A program made the position numbers and the translations under genes. From Hypanus sabinus (lineage: Eukaryota): a stretch of 64,000 bases of DNA. Of this stretch, positions 22,561 to 37,024 are shown one piece after another. Below the pieces are notes generated by a model. The model ran no database searches. It was given only the letters and a program-made list of their open reading frames with translations, and had not been told where the DNA came from. Within the stretch, counting starts at the first letter, position 1. The number at the start of each line of letters is the position of its first letter. The DNA is taken from NCBI RefSeq assembly GCF_030144855.1, contig NC_082714.1:95232001-95296000 (forward strand), in the 5' to 3' direction.

Positions 22561-24179
22561 TAAGTATAGCGTGGAGTAGGCCCTTCCAGCTCTTTGAGCT
22601 ACTTTACCCAGGAACCCCACAACCCTGAATAACCCTAACCTAATCATGGGACAATTTACATGACCCATGAACCTACCTGGACTGTGGAAAAAAAATGGAA
22701 TACCCGGAGAAAATCCATGCCCTCTACGGGGGAGGGTATAGAGATGCCTTACACAACAGCACCAGAATTGTATTCCGCACTCTGGAACGTCATGAGCTGT
22801 GTGTCACACTAACTGATACACTACCGTGACATCTTATACATATCACATATAATACATAAAATAACAGAATAATATTAATAGATACAAAAATCTTCTGTAG
22901 ATAGGGATGTTCATAGTGGTGTAGCTATTTCAGTTATTACACTTCAATTCCGATGTTGTTTGTCAGGTGTTTGCACGTCCTTCCCATGAGCACCTGGGTT
23001 CCTCCCGCGGTCCAAAGACCTAGTTAGTAGGTTAATTGGTCACTGTAAATTGTCCTGTGAGTAGTCTAGAGTTAAAAGGTTGAGCTGCTGGATGGTGCAT
23101 CTACTTGGGCTGGAAAGATCTGTTCCACACCTTATATCTAAACAAGTTGAAAATTTCTCTGCATTGATGCTGCCTGGTTTGCTGAGTTCCTCCAACCTTA
23201 TGTAGGTTGCTCCAAATTTCTAAAGTCTCTTGTGCCTACTCTCATTGTTTACAGCATTCATTGTGTAACTGCCAGATAATTACTTCTTTCCTACATTGAA
23301 AAGTTTGCTTTGAAACTTGTTTTTCTCTCTACAGTTGCAGTGAGATCAAATGAGATTTGTAACATTTTCCTGTCTTCTTTTAGAGTCTCAGTGACCAGAA
23401 CGTGTTTCCCTTTTAGAAGCTCTCTGTCATATAGTTCTTCCTGTTTCAACCAGGCACATAAGTCAAAGGTGGGATGAATGTGGATGGGAACATATTGATC
23501 AATGTGGATGTGGTGAGTCAAATGGCCTATTTCCATGGTGTATAATTCTACAACTCACCTTCCAGTTTTTTCCCACACCTGCAGCCCTGCAGTTGTTTTC
23601 GATTTTCACCCACTATATTGAAAGTGGTGACACACATCAACAGGGTGCTGAAGGCTTTTTGGTAGCCATGTGCCACTATTATCCTCAGCAACCCGGCCCC
23701 CGACCCCAACACACACACACATGACTGTGTGGCCAGAGTCTGATCTAACTCCTATAAGTTTGCAGATGACACCACCGTAGTGGGACGTATCTCAAATAAC
23801 GATGAGTCAGAGTACAGGAAGGAGATAGAGAGCCTTATTGACATGGTGTCATGACAACAAGCTTTTCCTCAATGTCAGCAAAACAAGAGAGCTGGTTATT
23901 CACTTCAGGAGTTGGGGGTGGGGGTGGAAATTCTCTTGTTTATATCAAAAGTGCCAAAGCTGAGAGGGGCAGGAGTTTTCCTAGGTGTGAACATCATCAA
24001 TAGCCTGACCTGATTCAACCACAAAAACACCATGCCTCTACTTCCTGAGGATGTAAAAGAAAGTCGGCAAGTCCCCTTTAAGTTTCTCCAGTTTTTAATC
24101 AGTGTACACAGAAAAGCATCCTGTCAGGATGCATCATGGCTTGGTAATGCAACTATTCTGCCCAAGACCGCAAAATCAG

Positions 24180-24460
24180 CAGAGAACAAACACTAAATGC
24201 TGGTGGAACACAATAACTATAAGGAGAAGCACTGTCGATGTTTCGGGCCGAGACCCTTCGTCAGGACTAACTGAAGGGAAAGATACTAAGAGATTTGAAA
24301 GACTTTCAAATCTTTCCCTTCAGTTAGTCCTGACGAAGGGTCTTGGCCCAAAACGTCGACAGAGCTTCACCTTATAGATGCTGCCTGACCTGCTGTGTTC
24401 CACCAGCATTTTGTGTGTGTTGTTTGAATTTCCAGCATCTGCAGATTTCCTCATGTTTGC
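24180..24460. mobile_element. Palindromic Penelope-terminal-repeat-derived element
   Basis: Left and right arms are reverse complements around agatttgaaa-gac-tttcaaatct (24291-24313). Inserted into a Rex1/Babar-like LINE fragment (~23720-24900). Confidence 0.8.
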
Positions 24461-27400
24461 TCTTTAAAAAAACACCAGGGAGTTCTGGACACAGCTCAGC
24501 TCATCATGGAAACCAGCCTCCATGCTGTGGACTCTGACTACACATCCAGTTGCCTCAGTAAAGCAGCCAAGGTAATTAAAGACTCCACCCACCCCAAACT
24601 TTCTCTTCTTCCCTCTCCCATTGGACAAAAGATACAAAAGCGTAAAAGCACATACCACCAGGCTCAAGGGCAGGTTACGTTCTGTTGTTATCTGACTGCT
24701 GAATGGATGTATTGCACAACAAGGTCGACACTTGATTTCACAATCTACCTTGTTATGGCTTTGTACTTTTCTGTCTACTTGCATGCAATTTCTCTGTAAT
24801 TGTTACTGTTTTGCCTTGTCCTGCCTCATTACACTGTTGTACCTAATTGATGAACTGTATGAACTGTGAGCAAGACAACTTTCTCACTGTATCTGTATCA
24901 CTGTATAAATAAATTTGCCAATCATCTTTTTATTTTATTTGGAGATAGAATACAGGACAGGCCCTTCCGGCCTGCCAAGCCACGCAGTGCTACCCAGCAA
25001 CCCAGTGATTTTATTTTTTTAAATCTGGAGGTACAGTCTGGAATAGGCCCTTCTAGGCCACCTAGTACCCTAATCGCGGGACTACAACTTTGCCGTGGCT
25101 TGTGGGCCTCAATGATCTGGAGAGCAACACTGGCTGGAGTCAGGGCTTTATGCTTTGGCTCTTTGTAGGGTCACCCATGCCAAACAGATCAAAGAGGACA
25201 GTCTAACAGTCTATCGGTCCTCAGTTCAGGGTTTCAGCTCAGGGCTAACAACCCTGACTGGTAAAACAAGATGGTTATGGAAGCAGCTGTGAAGAATCCT
25301 TCTACATCTGAGTGCAATGGTATTCCGGAGTCTCCACCCGGGACTGGCGTGACTGACAGCAGTGAAAACCGAGGAAACTACTGATAACGAAGGAAGCCCT
25401 GAACACTGCCAGAGATGGAGGACCTTCATTGCTGCCCTAAACATAAGTGACGTAACAAGTAATAAGTAAGTAATCACAGGACAATTTACAATGCCCAATT
25501 AACCTACCAACCAGTATGTCTTAGAAGTGTGGGAGGAAATGGGAGCATCCAGAGGTAACATATGTGCACACAAGAAGAACATATAAATTTTCTTACCAGG
25601 GACGCCGGAATTAAACTCCAAACTCCAACGCCCTGAGCTGTAACAGCGTTACTCTAACCGCTATGTTACCGCGTCACCTTATTGTACTCCTAGTTGCCTC
25701 TGTTCAAGTCAGAATGGGTGGATTGTGGCTGGAAGCTCCTCCTCCCACCACACCCCATTCTCTTTGGGGAGGAACATGCATTGGACATTTCTAGTTCACA
25801 GATGGAGATACTGGGGGTCCTGCTCGAGAATGCGCAGAATCCGACAGGCAAGATCCAGTGTCTCTGGGAAAGATCCTCTGCATTGCACCCTGAACACAGA
25901 GTGAATCAGGAATCACAGCTCAAATTTTATCCCTTACTCTACAATCCCCTCCTTTAGGATACCCCTCTTTTAGACATCAGGCATTGACTTGTGACTGGAG
26001 TTGGGGAGAGGGAAGGTGGGCAGCAAGCCGGCGAGGAGGGAGGGGGTTAAAAGAATCGGAAAAGAGTGCGCAGTGAAACAAGTTGAGAAAACAAAGGTTT
26101 TCCTGCAGCTGAGGCGGATTTCGGTTAGTGTGTGGGAGCACAGTGTACGTAGGACTTGCTGTAAATGCACGATTTACAAGTTACACTCAACATCAATGGA
26201 TTCAAATCCTGTTAAGTGACTGTTCTGAAGCCTAAAATAATTACCATAAGTCTTAAAATACAAAGCCCACAAATGTTCCCCAATGTTTAAACTTTGACAG
26301 ATTTTGGAGCTGAAAATATCTCCAACATCAGTTCCTAATTGTGACCATTCATTCTAATTAATTCACAGGCTGGTAGATAAGCAAGGAACCAGTTCGGGTT
26401 ACACCGGGGAGCAGTTAAGCCACTGAACAAACTGGGGCCAGTGACAAAAAAGGAGCCCAACTGAGAAAGAGGCGGGGGGGGGGGCAGAGAGGGAAAAAAA
26501 TCATGTGGGGAGGGACAGGAGCGAGTGGAGGAGAGACGAAAATGTAGGGATGCACACAAAATGCTCCAAGAACTCAGCAGGCCAGACAGCATCTATGGAA
26601 AAGAATAAACTGTCGACATTTCAGGCTGAGACCCTTCATCGGGACAAAGAAGGGTGGGGGGGGGGGGGAGATGCCAGAATAAAAGAAGTGGGAAGAGGGG
26701 AAAGAGGCTAGCTGCAAGGTGATAGGTGAAGCTGGAGATTGGTTAGTGAGGGCAGGGATGCAGAGGGAGGTTAGATGGGAAATGGTATGGGTGTGTTAGT
26801 GAGAGATTTTTGCCAAATGAGCAGGGGTGATGGGAAGAGCAAACACCCTCCTCTCCCACTTCCCTGCCCTCCCCTACACCAACCAATTCCCAATACCTCC
26901 CTCTCTCCACTCTCTAAGGCTGAAAATACTCTACTTCCCCAGAAAACCCACTGCCTCCTGGTTTTGGGGTGTCTACAGTAAGTGGATAATTGAGGGGGAG
27001 GGGGAGGACAGCGGATTCAGATTTGGCCCCTGCAGCCTGGGTATCAGCAGTGGGTCAACACTTCAGTTATGTAGCTGCGCCTAAGTCCCACTCCTCAAAC
27101 GTAGGCATGCTGTAGTATACCTTTGAACTCTCCTGGGATCCCATACACTGGAGAAGGAACCACAACCACTGTCTCCTCCACACTCTTCTTTTCACTGAAC
27201 CCCTCTGAGAATGTCATTGCCCAAAGAGACATTTGCCTGCCTCTTAGAGGTAGTTATCAAGATCCAGGGAGGCTGGCCAAAGTTCCTTCCACAGCTAGCT
27301 AGGTCAACAACCTAGATATTCAGGTTCAAAAAATCTCAAAGTGCAGTAGGTTTCAGTGAAAATGGATAAGATACAGTGAAAAGCTTGTCTTGCATATTGT

Positions 27401-30400
27401 TCATACAGATCAGATCATTACACAGTGCACTGAGGCAGAACAAGGTAAAGCAATAACAATGCAGAATAAAATGAAAAAAGCTACTGAATAAGTGCTGTAC
27501 AGGGCAACAATAAAGTGTAAGATCATAAAGATGTAGATTGTGAGGCCAAGAGTCCATCTTCTCAGGTCCATTTAAGAGACTGATAATAATGGGATAGAAG
27601 CTGTTCTTGAGCCTGGTGGTCTACGCTTTCAGGCTTCTATATCCTCTGCCCTATGGGAGAGGGGAGGAGAGAGAATGTCTGGGTTGGTGGGGTCTTTGAT
27701 TAGGCTGGCTACTTTACTGAGGCAGTGAGAAGTGTAAACAGAGTCCATGGAAGGGAGGCTGGTTCCGGTGATGTGTCCACAACTCTCTGCAGTTCCTTGC
27801 GGCCACATGCAGAGCAGTTGCTGCACTAAGCCATGATGCATCCAGACAGAATTTCTCTGGTACTTTGGTAAAAACTGGTAAAGGGCTGATAGGGACATGC
27901 TGAATTTTTTTAGTCTCATGAGTAAGTAGAGCCATTGGTGAGCTTTCTAACCTGTGGCATCAACATGGTTGGAGCAGTGGGAAGTGTTATTCCCATTGGG
28001 ATTATGTACAGCAGGAGTGAAAAGGAATGGGGATGGCCCAGTGGGAGTAAACTGTATGCTTGATTAGGAGTGTGCATTATGGGCCATTGTTACTTCCTAA
28101 GAAATTCAGGAACTAAACCTTCCATGAAATAACCTGCAGGAATGACATATCTCCTCCCACAGGCTAATTAGTAGCATGTGTTATTTGTGTACTACAGGCA
28201 TGGCAGTCCACACAGTAGGCAATGCCCATCAGTGGCACACATTTCACTTCATTTGCAATCAATGCTCTCTGCACAAAGTTAATTTGTCAGTCTTCATCAC
28301 ACTCTCACCAAGAAGGGGATCTCCAGCTTCTTAGGTTTTCTGAAGTCACCATAAGTTTCCATCTATAGGAGAGTTGAGGATCCTCGAGCACAGCCTCAGA
28401 ATACAGGGACATCCATTTAAAACTGATATAAGGAAGGATTTCTTCAGCCAGAGAGCTCTGCATCTGTGAAATTCATTGTCACAGATGGCTGAGGAGTCCA
28501 AGTAATTGAGTGTATTAAGGCAGGGGTTGATAAGTTCTTGATTGGCAAGGGAATTACGTGGAGATGCTGGGAGAATAGGGGTAGTAAAGAACCAGCCATG
28601 ACTGAATAGGTTGCAGAGGGGCAAACAATGCACCACTCCTATATCTCAAGGACCTGAGGGCAACTTTTTCACAAAGAGGGTGGTGGTTATGTAGAATGGG
28701 CTACCCGAGAAAGTAATTGAGGCAGGTAAATAAACAATATTCAAAAGATATTTGGGTCAGTCCACGGATAGGAGGGGTTTAGAGGGAAATGGACCAAATG
28801 TGGAACAACAAGACTGGCTTGGTCGGCATGGACGAAGGGCCTGTTTATGCACTGTGTTACTCCATGACAAAATGGTGAGCAGAACTGCACCCCAGACCCA
28901 GTCCAAAGCCAACACCTAGGTCCAAAGCCAACACCTAGGTACAAAGAAGCATGGAGGGACTCACATCAGGAAGTACCTGGATCACAGTTTAAAGAGAAGT
29001 TTCAGAACTTCATCAGCAGACACACACCCAAGGTGACAACAACAAAACACTGACTCAATTACGTCAGGCACACTGTTCACTGCCTGACAAGCTCCCAAAA
29101 GAGAGGTACTGCTCTGGATTCTGCTACAAGAAGAGATTAGCATGGAGTTAGAGACACAGAACAGTCTCTTTGGTCCATGGACACTGTACCGAATAACAAA
29201 CATTCAGCTACAGGATGTGGGTCAAAGCCTCTTTGAAGAAATCCACCAAAGATAAGAGGAACCTTTGGTTCAGAGTCAATTACACAGCACAGGAACAGGG
29301 CCACTTCACCCATGCCAGCCTAAGCTTGTCCCATCTCTGCATTTAGCCCGTACCCCTCAAAACTTTTCCTGTCAATGTACCTGTCCAAACACCTTTTAAA
29401 CATTGTAATTTACCTGCTAGCTCTAATACCCATCAGACCCTTTTAAATCTTTCTCTTCCTCCTTCAGTGTAGCGTTATATTGTAGGAAGACACAGAAGCC
29501 ACTGCATCCATAACTGGAATGTGATGACAAGCAGACAGAATGGCCTAAACAGCACAGTCACCAGTAGTGGACAGCCTCCCCTGCAGCAGACAGCCTTGCA
29601 GGAGCCTATTCATATGTGTATAACCTTTTAAAGTGCCATTGGAAAGCACATGGAATCCTGGGCTTCATAAACATAAAAGCCAGGTGGTTACACTGAACCT
29701 CTGTACAACACAGGTCACATGGATAAGTCAAAATACAAGGCAACAAACAACTTGTCAGGGGAGCAGCGGGTCGAGCAGGACTGATGCATGGTCTTAGCCC
29801 AAAGACTTGACAGTTCCCTTTCCTCTCCGCAGATGCTGCTCAACCCACTGAGTTCCTCCAGCAGATTGTGTGTTACTCCAAATATCCGCATCTAAAGTCT
29901 GTTGTGTACCCAGAGTGCATAACCAACCTGTATAAAAGGCAGGCCAATGGAGAGCCTCACTCAGCGCTGGACACCAAAGTTTGGAATAGATATACCACAA
30001 TGGATCTTGGGTAAGAAAAGAGGCAGTATCCATCAAAAGGATCTCCACCACCTAGGATGTGCTTCTCATTACTACCATCAGGGAGGAGGTGCAGGAGCCT
30101 GAAGACCCACACTCAGTGTTTTAGGAACAGCTTCTACCCCTCTGCCATCAGATTTCTGAACAGTCCCACGCCTTCTATTTTAGAGGCAGAGTATAATTGA
30201 GTGGGGAAACTTATGGAGGGGTTTCCAAAGAAAGCCAAGACCACTGAAGCCAGAGCCTACAGACAGGATGAAAGCAGCATAGTGCAAGTTCAAATCCCAC
30301 AGGAGCTGAGGAATTTTAATTCAGTTAACCGAATACATCCTGAGTTTTTGCAGTTACTTATGATGTCTGTGACACTACCAGAGTTCTGTTAACATGACCT

Positions 30401-32705
30401 TATGAGCTTCATTAAGGTCCTTCAGGACAGAATAATGGACAGCTTTACCCAGTAGGGACTGGGATTCCAGATCCCAGTGATGTGATGGACTCTCCACAGT
30501 CCTCAGCTGCCCTGATCAGATAGTCGGCAGTATTCAGGGCTTAGGAGATGGGCAATTAATTTTGATCTCATCAGGGGAGCCCACAACCATGACAGGGTCA
30601 GGACAGACATGTGCAAAGCTGAATGAGGAGGCAGACGCCAGAGCTCTGAATGAGCTTAAAGTTACACAAGATGAAGACAGGATAGAAAAGGATTAACTAC
30701 TGACCTCTGGGAGAATTATCATGATGCAAGGTCAAAGAACAGCTCCAGGTCTTAAATCTGATCCAATCAGTGTCAAGCCCAGCCACTGCTGGAGTCAGCC
30801 TGAACTAGTGTGCTTGCTCTGGCATGGAAATCCACTCAGAGACCGCTGGTGGAAGGGACAAGGATCACCAAGGACATGACTTTACAAGTAATCCTGGTCC
30901 CCCAACTTTCCCCACAGAAATGCACATACAATCAGTTCAGAAGGATTAGGGACATCTAAGAGGCTCTTAGGTAGGCATGCAAATTACAGAAAAATGGAGG
31001 GCTATGTAGAAAGAAAGGGTTAGATGATCTTACAGTATGTTAAAAGGTTGGCACAACATCATGGACCAAAGGAATTGTACTGTACTGTTTTGTGATTGTG
31101 GTGGCAGGGGAGGGAAGGAGCTGATTAAACCTAACCGGATACAGAGGACCTGGATTGAGTGGATGTGGAGAGTATGCTTCCAATAGTGGGAGAATCTAGG
31201 ATTCAAGGACACAGCCTCAAAAAAAAGGATGTTCCTTTAGAACAGAGACAAGGAGGAATTTCTTCAACCAGAGAGGAGCACATCTATGGAATTTATTACC
31301 AAAGTCACTGGCTATATTTAAAGCAGAGGGCGATTGGTTCTCAACTGCTAAAGAATTAAGAGGTAAGGGCTGCAGGGAGAAGGCAAGAAAATGGGGTTTT
31401 AAAAACAGTCACCCATGATTGAATGGCAGAGCAAACTCTATGGGTTGAATGGTTTAATTTTGCTTCTATGTCTCATACTTCTAATTAAAATTACCTTTCT
31501 TTGGTGCAAGTTGATCAGTGGATAGACTCTCACCTGGGGTGGAGTGGTCAACACCAGAAACCCAAAGGGCGAGGTGAGCTAACAGGAAATCATGAGGGTG
31601 ACTAAGTCTACATTCCAAACCAAAGAGCAGAGGTTTAAAGTGATGGGGTTATACAGGATTTAAGGGGGAATATTTTCAATCTTGAAGGTGGTTGGAATCT
31701 GAAATGTAGAGACTGTCACATCCTAGAGTTACAGAGTCTTACAGCATGAAATAGGCCCTTTGGCCCATCTTGTCCATGTTGGCCTGCTCTTCAGCCTAGA
31801 CCCATCTATCTGTACCTGGATACACCTCTATACACTTCTCAACCATGCACCTATCCAAACTTCTGTTACAGCTACAGCTGAACTTACTTCTGCAACTTCA
31901 GCTGTCAGCTTGTTCCATGCTTGCACCACCCTGAGTGAAGAAATACCCCTCAGATTTATCTAGATAATCACTTGAATCACCAAGACTTAGAAAGCTGGGA
32001 CCCTAATATCAGTAAATGGGTTTAGTGTGGATAGGGAACGATAACCTGTTTCTGTACTAAGTGAGTTTGACGCTACAACTGTGTCTGCTCCCTGGCAGAT
32101 CACAAACCCTCCCTCCGCTACAAAATGTCTAGCCCACTACTGGTGAAGAACTGAGGAGATTCTGCTCCCCCAGACTGAGATGTATTTATGAAATGTACAT
32201 TGAAATATACTGTGAAATGCCTTGCTTGTGTTAACAGCCAACACAGAACATGGCCACTATGCTCATCAGAACAAAACACAACACAACAAACAACAGAACA
32301 ACAACAGCAAAGCAAGCCCCTTGACTCCATACCACACTCCTTCCCTACACTCACTCACTCTCTCTCTCTCCTCCCCTTCTCTCTCTCCCACTCCAGGCGC
32401 TGGCCACTGTGTTTTGATTTCTCAACTACCAATTGGCCTTCAGGAGCCAATCTTTGGTATTGAACCCCAGACTAGCTAATGAAGGCACCATGAACACCAC
32501 ACGAACTCTGGGTTCACCAACTGACAAGCCCTCATGCTTCCTACTGACATAGTCTTTCAATGCAGAGTGGAGGCCTGGACTGTGAACACCCTTCATCACC
32601 AGCCCATATCACTGGACTTCAAATGCAGAACGGAGGCCTGACCTCTACCTCCTCCACACCTCTGTGCCTAAATCCTAACCTGACCCCTCCCCAAAACCAT
32701 CCTTA

Positions 32706-33308
<603 letters not shown>

Positions 33309-34529
33309 CTATGGAAAACAGTACAGTTGACATTTCAGGCCAAGACCCCTGCTGCCTGGCCTGTTGAGCTCCTTCAGCATTTTGTGAGGTGATTGATTAA
33401 GTCCATAAGATACAGAGTAGAATTAGGCCTTTCAGCCCATCTAGTCTGCTCCATTATTTAACTGTGGCTGATTTGTTTTCCCCAATCTATTTTCTTACCT
33501 TCCTCCCATAACCGTCATCCCCTTACCAATCAAGAATCTCTGTCTTTAATACATGCAATGAATGAATCGGCCTCCACTGTCCTGTGTGGAAATAAATTGC
33601 ACAGATTCACTACCCTCTAGCTAAAGAAACTCCTTCTTATCTCTCTGATCCTAGACTTTCCTACTAATGGAAACATCTTCTCTATGTCTACTCTATCTGT
33701 ATTCAGTAGATTTCAATGAGATCCTCCTCCTCCTACACAGACATCAAACTCCTCATATGTTAAGCCTTACATACCTGGGATCATCCTTACGAACCTCCTC
33801 TGAACCTCATCCAGGTCCATCACTTACTTCCTTAGATACTGGGCACAAAATTGTTTTCAATAGTCCAAATACAGTCTATGCAATTATAAATCATTGGCAT
33901 TATAGCTTTGTTTGTAGGTTCTAATTCTCCTGAAATGAACAGTAAAATTGCATTTGCTTTCTTTACTATCAATTCAATCTGCAAGTTAAACTTCAGTGAA
34001 CTGCAAAGAAAGCATGACAGTGCCTCTACTTCCTCAGGAGTCTGCGGAGATTCGGCATGTCATCATAAACCTTGGCAAGCTTCCATAGATGTGCGGTAGA
34101 AAGTGTGCTGACTGGCTGCATTACAACCTGGTATGGGAACACCAATGCCTTTGAGTGGGAAGTCCTACAAAAGGTACTGGATTCAGCCCTCTCAACTATT
34201 GAGCAAATCTACATAAAACTCTGCTGTAGGAAAATAGCATCCGTTATCAAAGATCCTCACCACCCAGGCCATGCTCTTTTCTCACTGCTGCCATCAAGTA
34301 GAAGGTACAAGAGCCTCAGGACTCACACCACCAGGTTCATGAACAGTTAACACCCCTCAGCCATCAGGCTCTTGAACAAAAGGGGTAACTACTCATTTTA
34401 CTTCTCATGTTCCCACAACCGATGGTGTCACTTTAAGGACTCTTTATCTTGTTAGTTCATGGCCATTATTTATTGCTATCTATTTATATTTGTATTTGCA
34501 CGGTTTGTTGTCCATTGATCCTATTTAAT

Positions 34530-35170
34530 AGAAACATAGAAACCTATAAAACATACAGCACAAAGCTGTGGCGAACATGTCCCTACCTTAGAACTACATA
34601 GGCTTTACCCATAGTCCTCTTTCTAAGCTCCATGTACCCATCCAGGAGTCTCTTAAAAGACCCTATCGTTTCCTCCGCTGCCAGCAGCCCATTTCATGCA
34701 TTCGCTACTTTCTGCATAAAAAACTTACCCCTGACATCTCCTCTGTATCTACTTCCAAGCACCTTAAAACTATGCCTCTTGTGCTAGCCAATTCAGCCCT
34801 GAGAAAAAGCCTCTGACTATCCACACGATCAAGGCCTCTCATTATCTTGTACAGCTCTATCAAGTCACCTCTCATCCACTGTTGTTCCAAGGAGAAAAGG
34901 CCGAGCTCACTCAACCTATTCTCATATGGCATGCTCACCAATCCAGGCAACATCCTTGTAAATCTCCTCTGCACCCATTCTATGGTTTCCACGTCCTTCC
35001 TATAGTGAGGTAACTAGAACTGAGCACAGTACTCCAAGTGCGGACTGACCAGGGTCCTATATAGCAGCAACATTACCTCTTGGCGCCTAAACTCAATCCC
35101 ACAGTTGATGAAGGCCAATGCACCGTATGCCTTCTTAACCACACAGTCGACCTGTGTAGCAGCTTTGAGT
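34530..35170 (-). mobile_element. CR1 LINE 3' fragment, relatively young
   Basis: VVKKAYGALAFIN...PHLEYCAQF and VQRRFTRMLPGL...MRGDLIELYKIMRG. Confidence 0.88.
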
Positions 35171-37024
35171 AAAGAGCGAGTTTGTAAATCTAACAAGAGC
35201 AAAGGATATCGGGAATGGCGGTGGTGGTGTGTAACGGGAGGCGAGTGGGACAGGTGGCAAAGGAGTGCTGGGGTGGGAGGTGGTGCGGGGTGCAGACACA
35301 CTCAGTCTCAAAATACATAAAAATTACTATTGTACTGTGAAAAAGTTTCAGGCACCCTAGCTATATGTGCTGTTCAGATCATCCCATCCAGGAAGGATGA
35401 GGTGGTTTTGAAAAGGGCAAGAAGAGGTTCACCAGGAAGCTGCCTGGATTACACAGTTTAAGAAAGGTTAGACACACGGATTACTTCCTCTGAAGGGGAG
35501 AGCTGAGAGAAGCGAGAGGCATGAGGAGCGTTTGATGGCTATGGGCCTGTACTCGCTGAAGTTCAGCAGAATGAGGGGAATTTCACTGAAACCTATCAAG
35601 TATTGTAAGACCTTGATAGAGTGGATGGGGAGAGCTGTTTCCTACAGTGGGAATCTAGGATCTGAGAGCACAGCCTCAGAATAGACGGTCACACCTCTGT
35701 GGAGGCCAAATTACTGAGTATATCTAAAGCAGGAGTTGATCTCTTCCTGATTACTAAGGATGTCAAAGGATACAGGAAGGAGGCAAGAGAATGGGGTTTT
35801 GAGGGATAATATTAGCCAAGGTGGAATGGTGACTCGATGGGCAAGTGGCCTAATTCTGCTGCTGTGTCTCATGGAATGGAAGGAAGCAGACATTATAGGT
35901 GAAGGGGACTGTTTGTGTGTTGTGGTGTTCGAAATTGTACTGAAAAAATACATCAGCTACTTTGAACCCAGCAAGCTCCCATGCCTGCTGAATGCAGAAA
36001 TTAAAGATCACAAGGATAACATCCATGTCACCTTGTTCTGTGAACCAGTGTCCCAGGGATCGTTCACATCAGATGGCTAAATGGGTGTTGGTTTATCTGA
36101 GGTAGGACGGGTCTTTGATTATGATGACTACTGTACTGAGGCAGCAAGGTCTAGAAAGAGTTCATGGAGGGGAGGCTGGTTTCCATGATGTGCTGAGCTG
36201 TGTCCACAACTATCCATAGTTCCTTGCAGTCATGGGCAGAGCAAATGCCATTCCAAGCAATAATACAACCAGATTGGACACTTTCTACAATGAACATATA
36301 AACACTGATAAGATGCGACAGGGGCATGGATGCCAGATTTCTTTAGGAGGAATTTTTTAAGCCAGAGGGTGGTGAATCTGTGGGATTTACTGCCACAGAT
36401 GGCTGTGGGGACCAAGTTGTTAGGTATGTTTAAAGCAGAGATTAATAGCTAAATTGGTAAGGGTGTCATAGGTTATGGGGAGCAGGCAGGGGATAATAAT
36501 TGCCTAATTCTGCTCCTTATGGTCTGTGACAGATAAAACACTTTTGATGATTCAATCCTTCCCTAAAGCATCGGACTCAACCTTTATTCCACAGAAAGTA
36601 CTGAGTGCACACAACCTTCTACTCAGAATGTCACCTGTGTCAATGTTGCCACTTCCCAAGGGAATTTAGTACTACAAGGGACAAATTGCTCAATGCCTTT
36701 GCGGGGAGTGAGAATAACTGTGGAGCTGTTACCAGGAGACGGCACAGGCATGCGGGTTGCTTGGCCTCCTCACTGCTATGTGATTCTAATAAAGTTCAGA
36801 ACAAGCAAGGGGCCAACAAATCCCAACAAAGGCCTCCGGAATAAGAGCATCAAACTATCATTTACTGGGCAGGCAGCTGTTGCAATGTTGGCTCCGTACC
36901 CTGGCTGCTGTCAGCCTGTACGTGGGAATGTAACATCAAGCAGATATGTGTGATGGATGAATTCATGGCAAATCCTGTCCCCGTGCTAGGAGAGGCTGAG
37001 AGCAGGGCATAGATAAGCTTTACT

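Noticed and set aside
26231-26260. MEF2-site-like AT-rich motifs (cctaaaataa, ttaaaataca)
   Set aside because: They do not fit YTA(A/T)4TAR. A true match at ~31312 lies inside a CR1 tail.
28901-28941. 20-bp tandem duplication (also a 15-bp one at ~55862-55897) and short (CA)n or poly-G runs
   Set aside because: Ordinary slippage products with no further structure.
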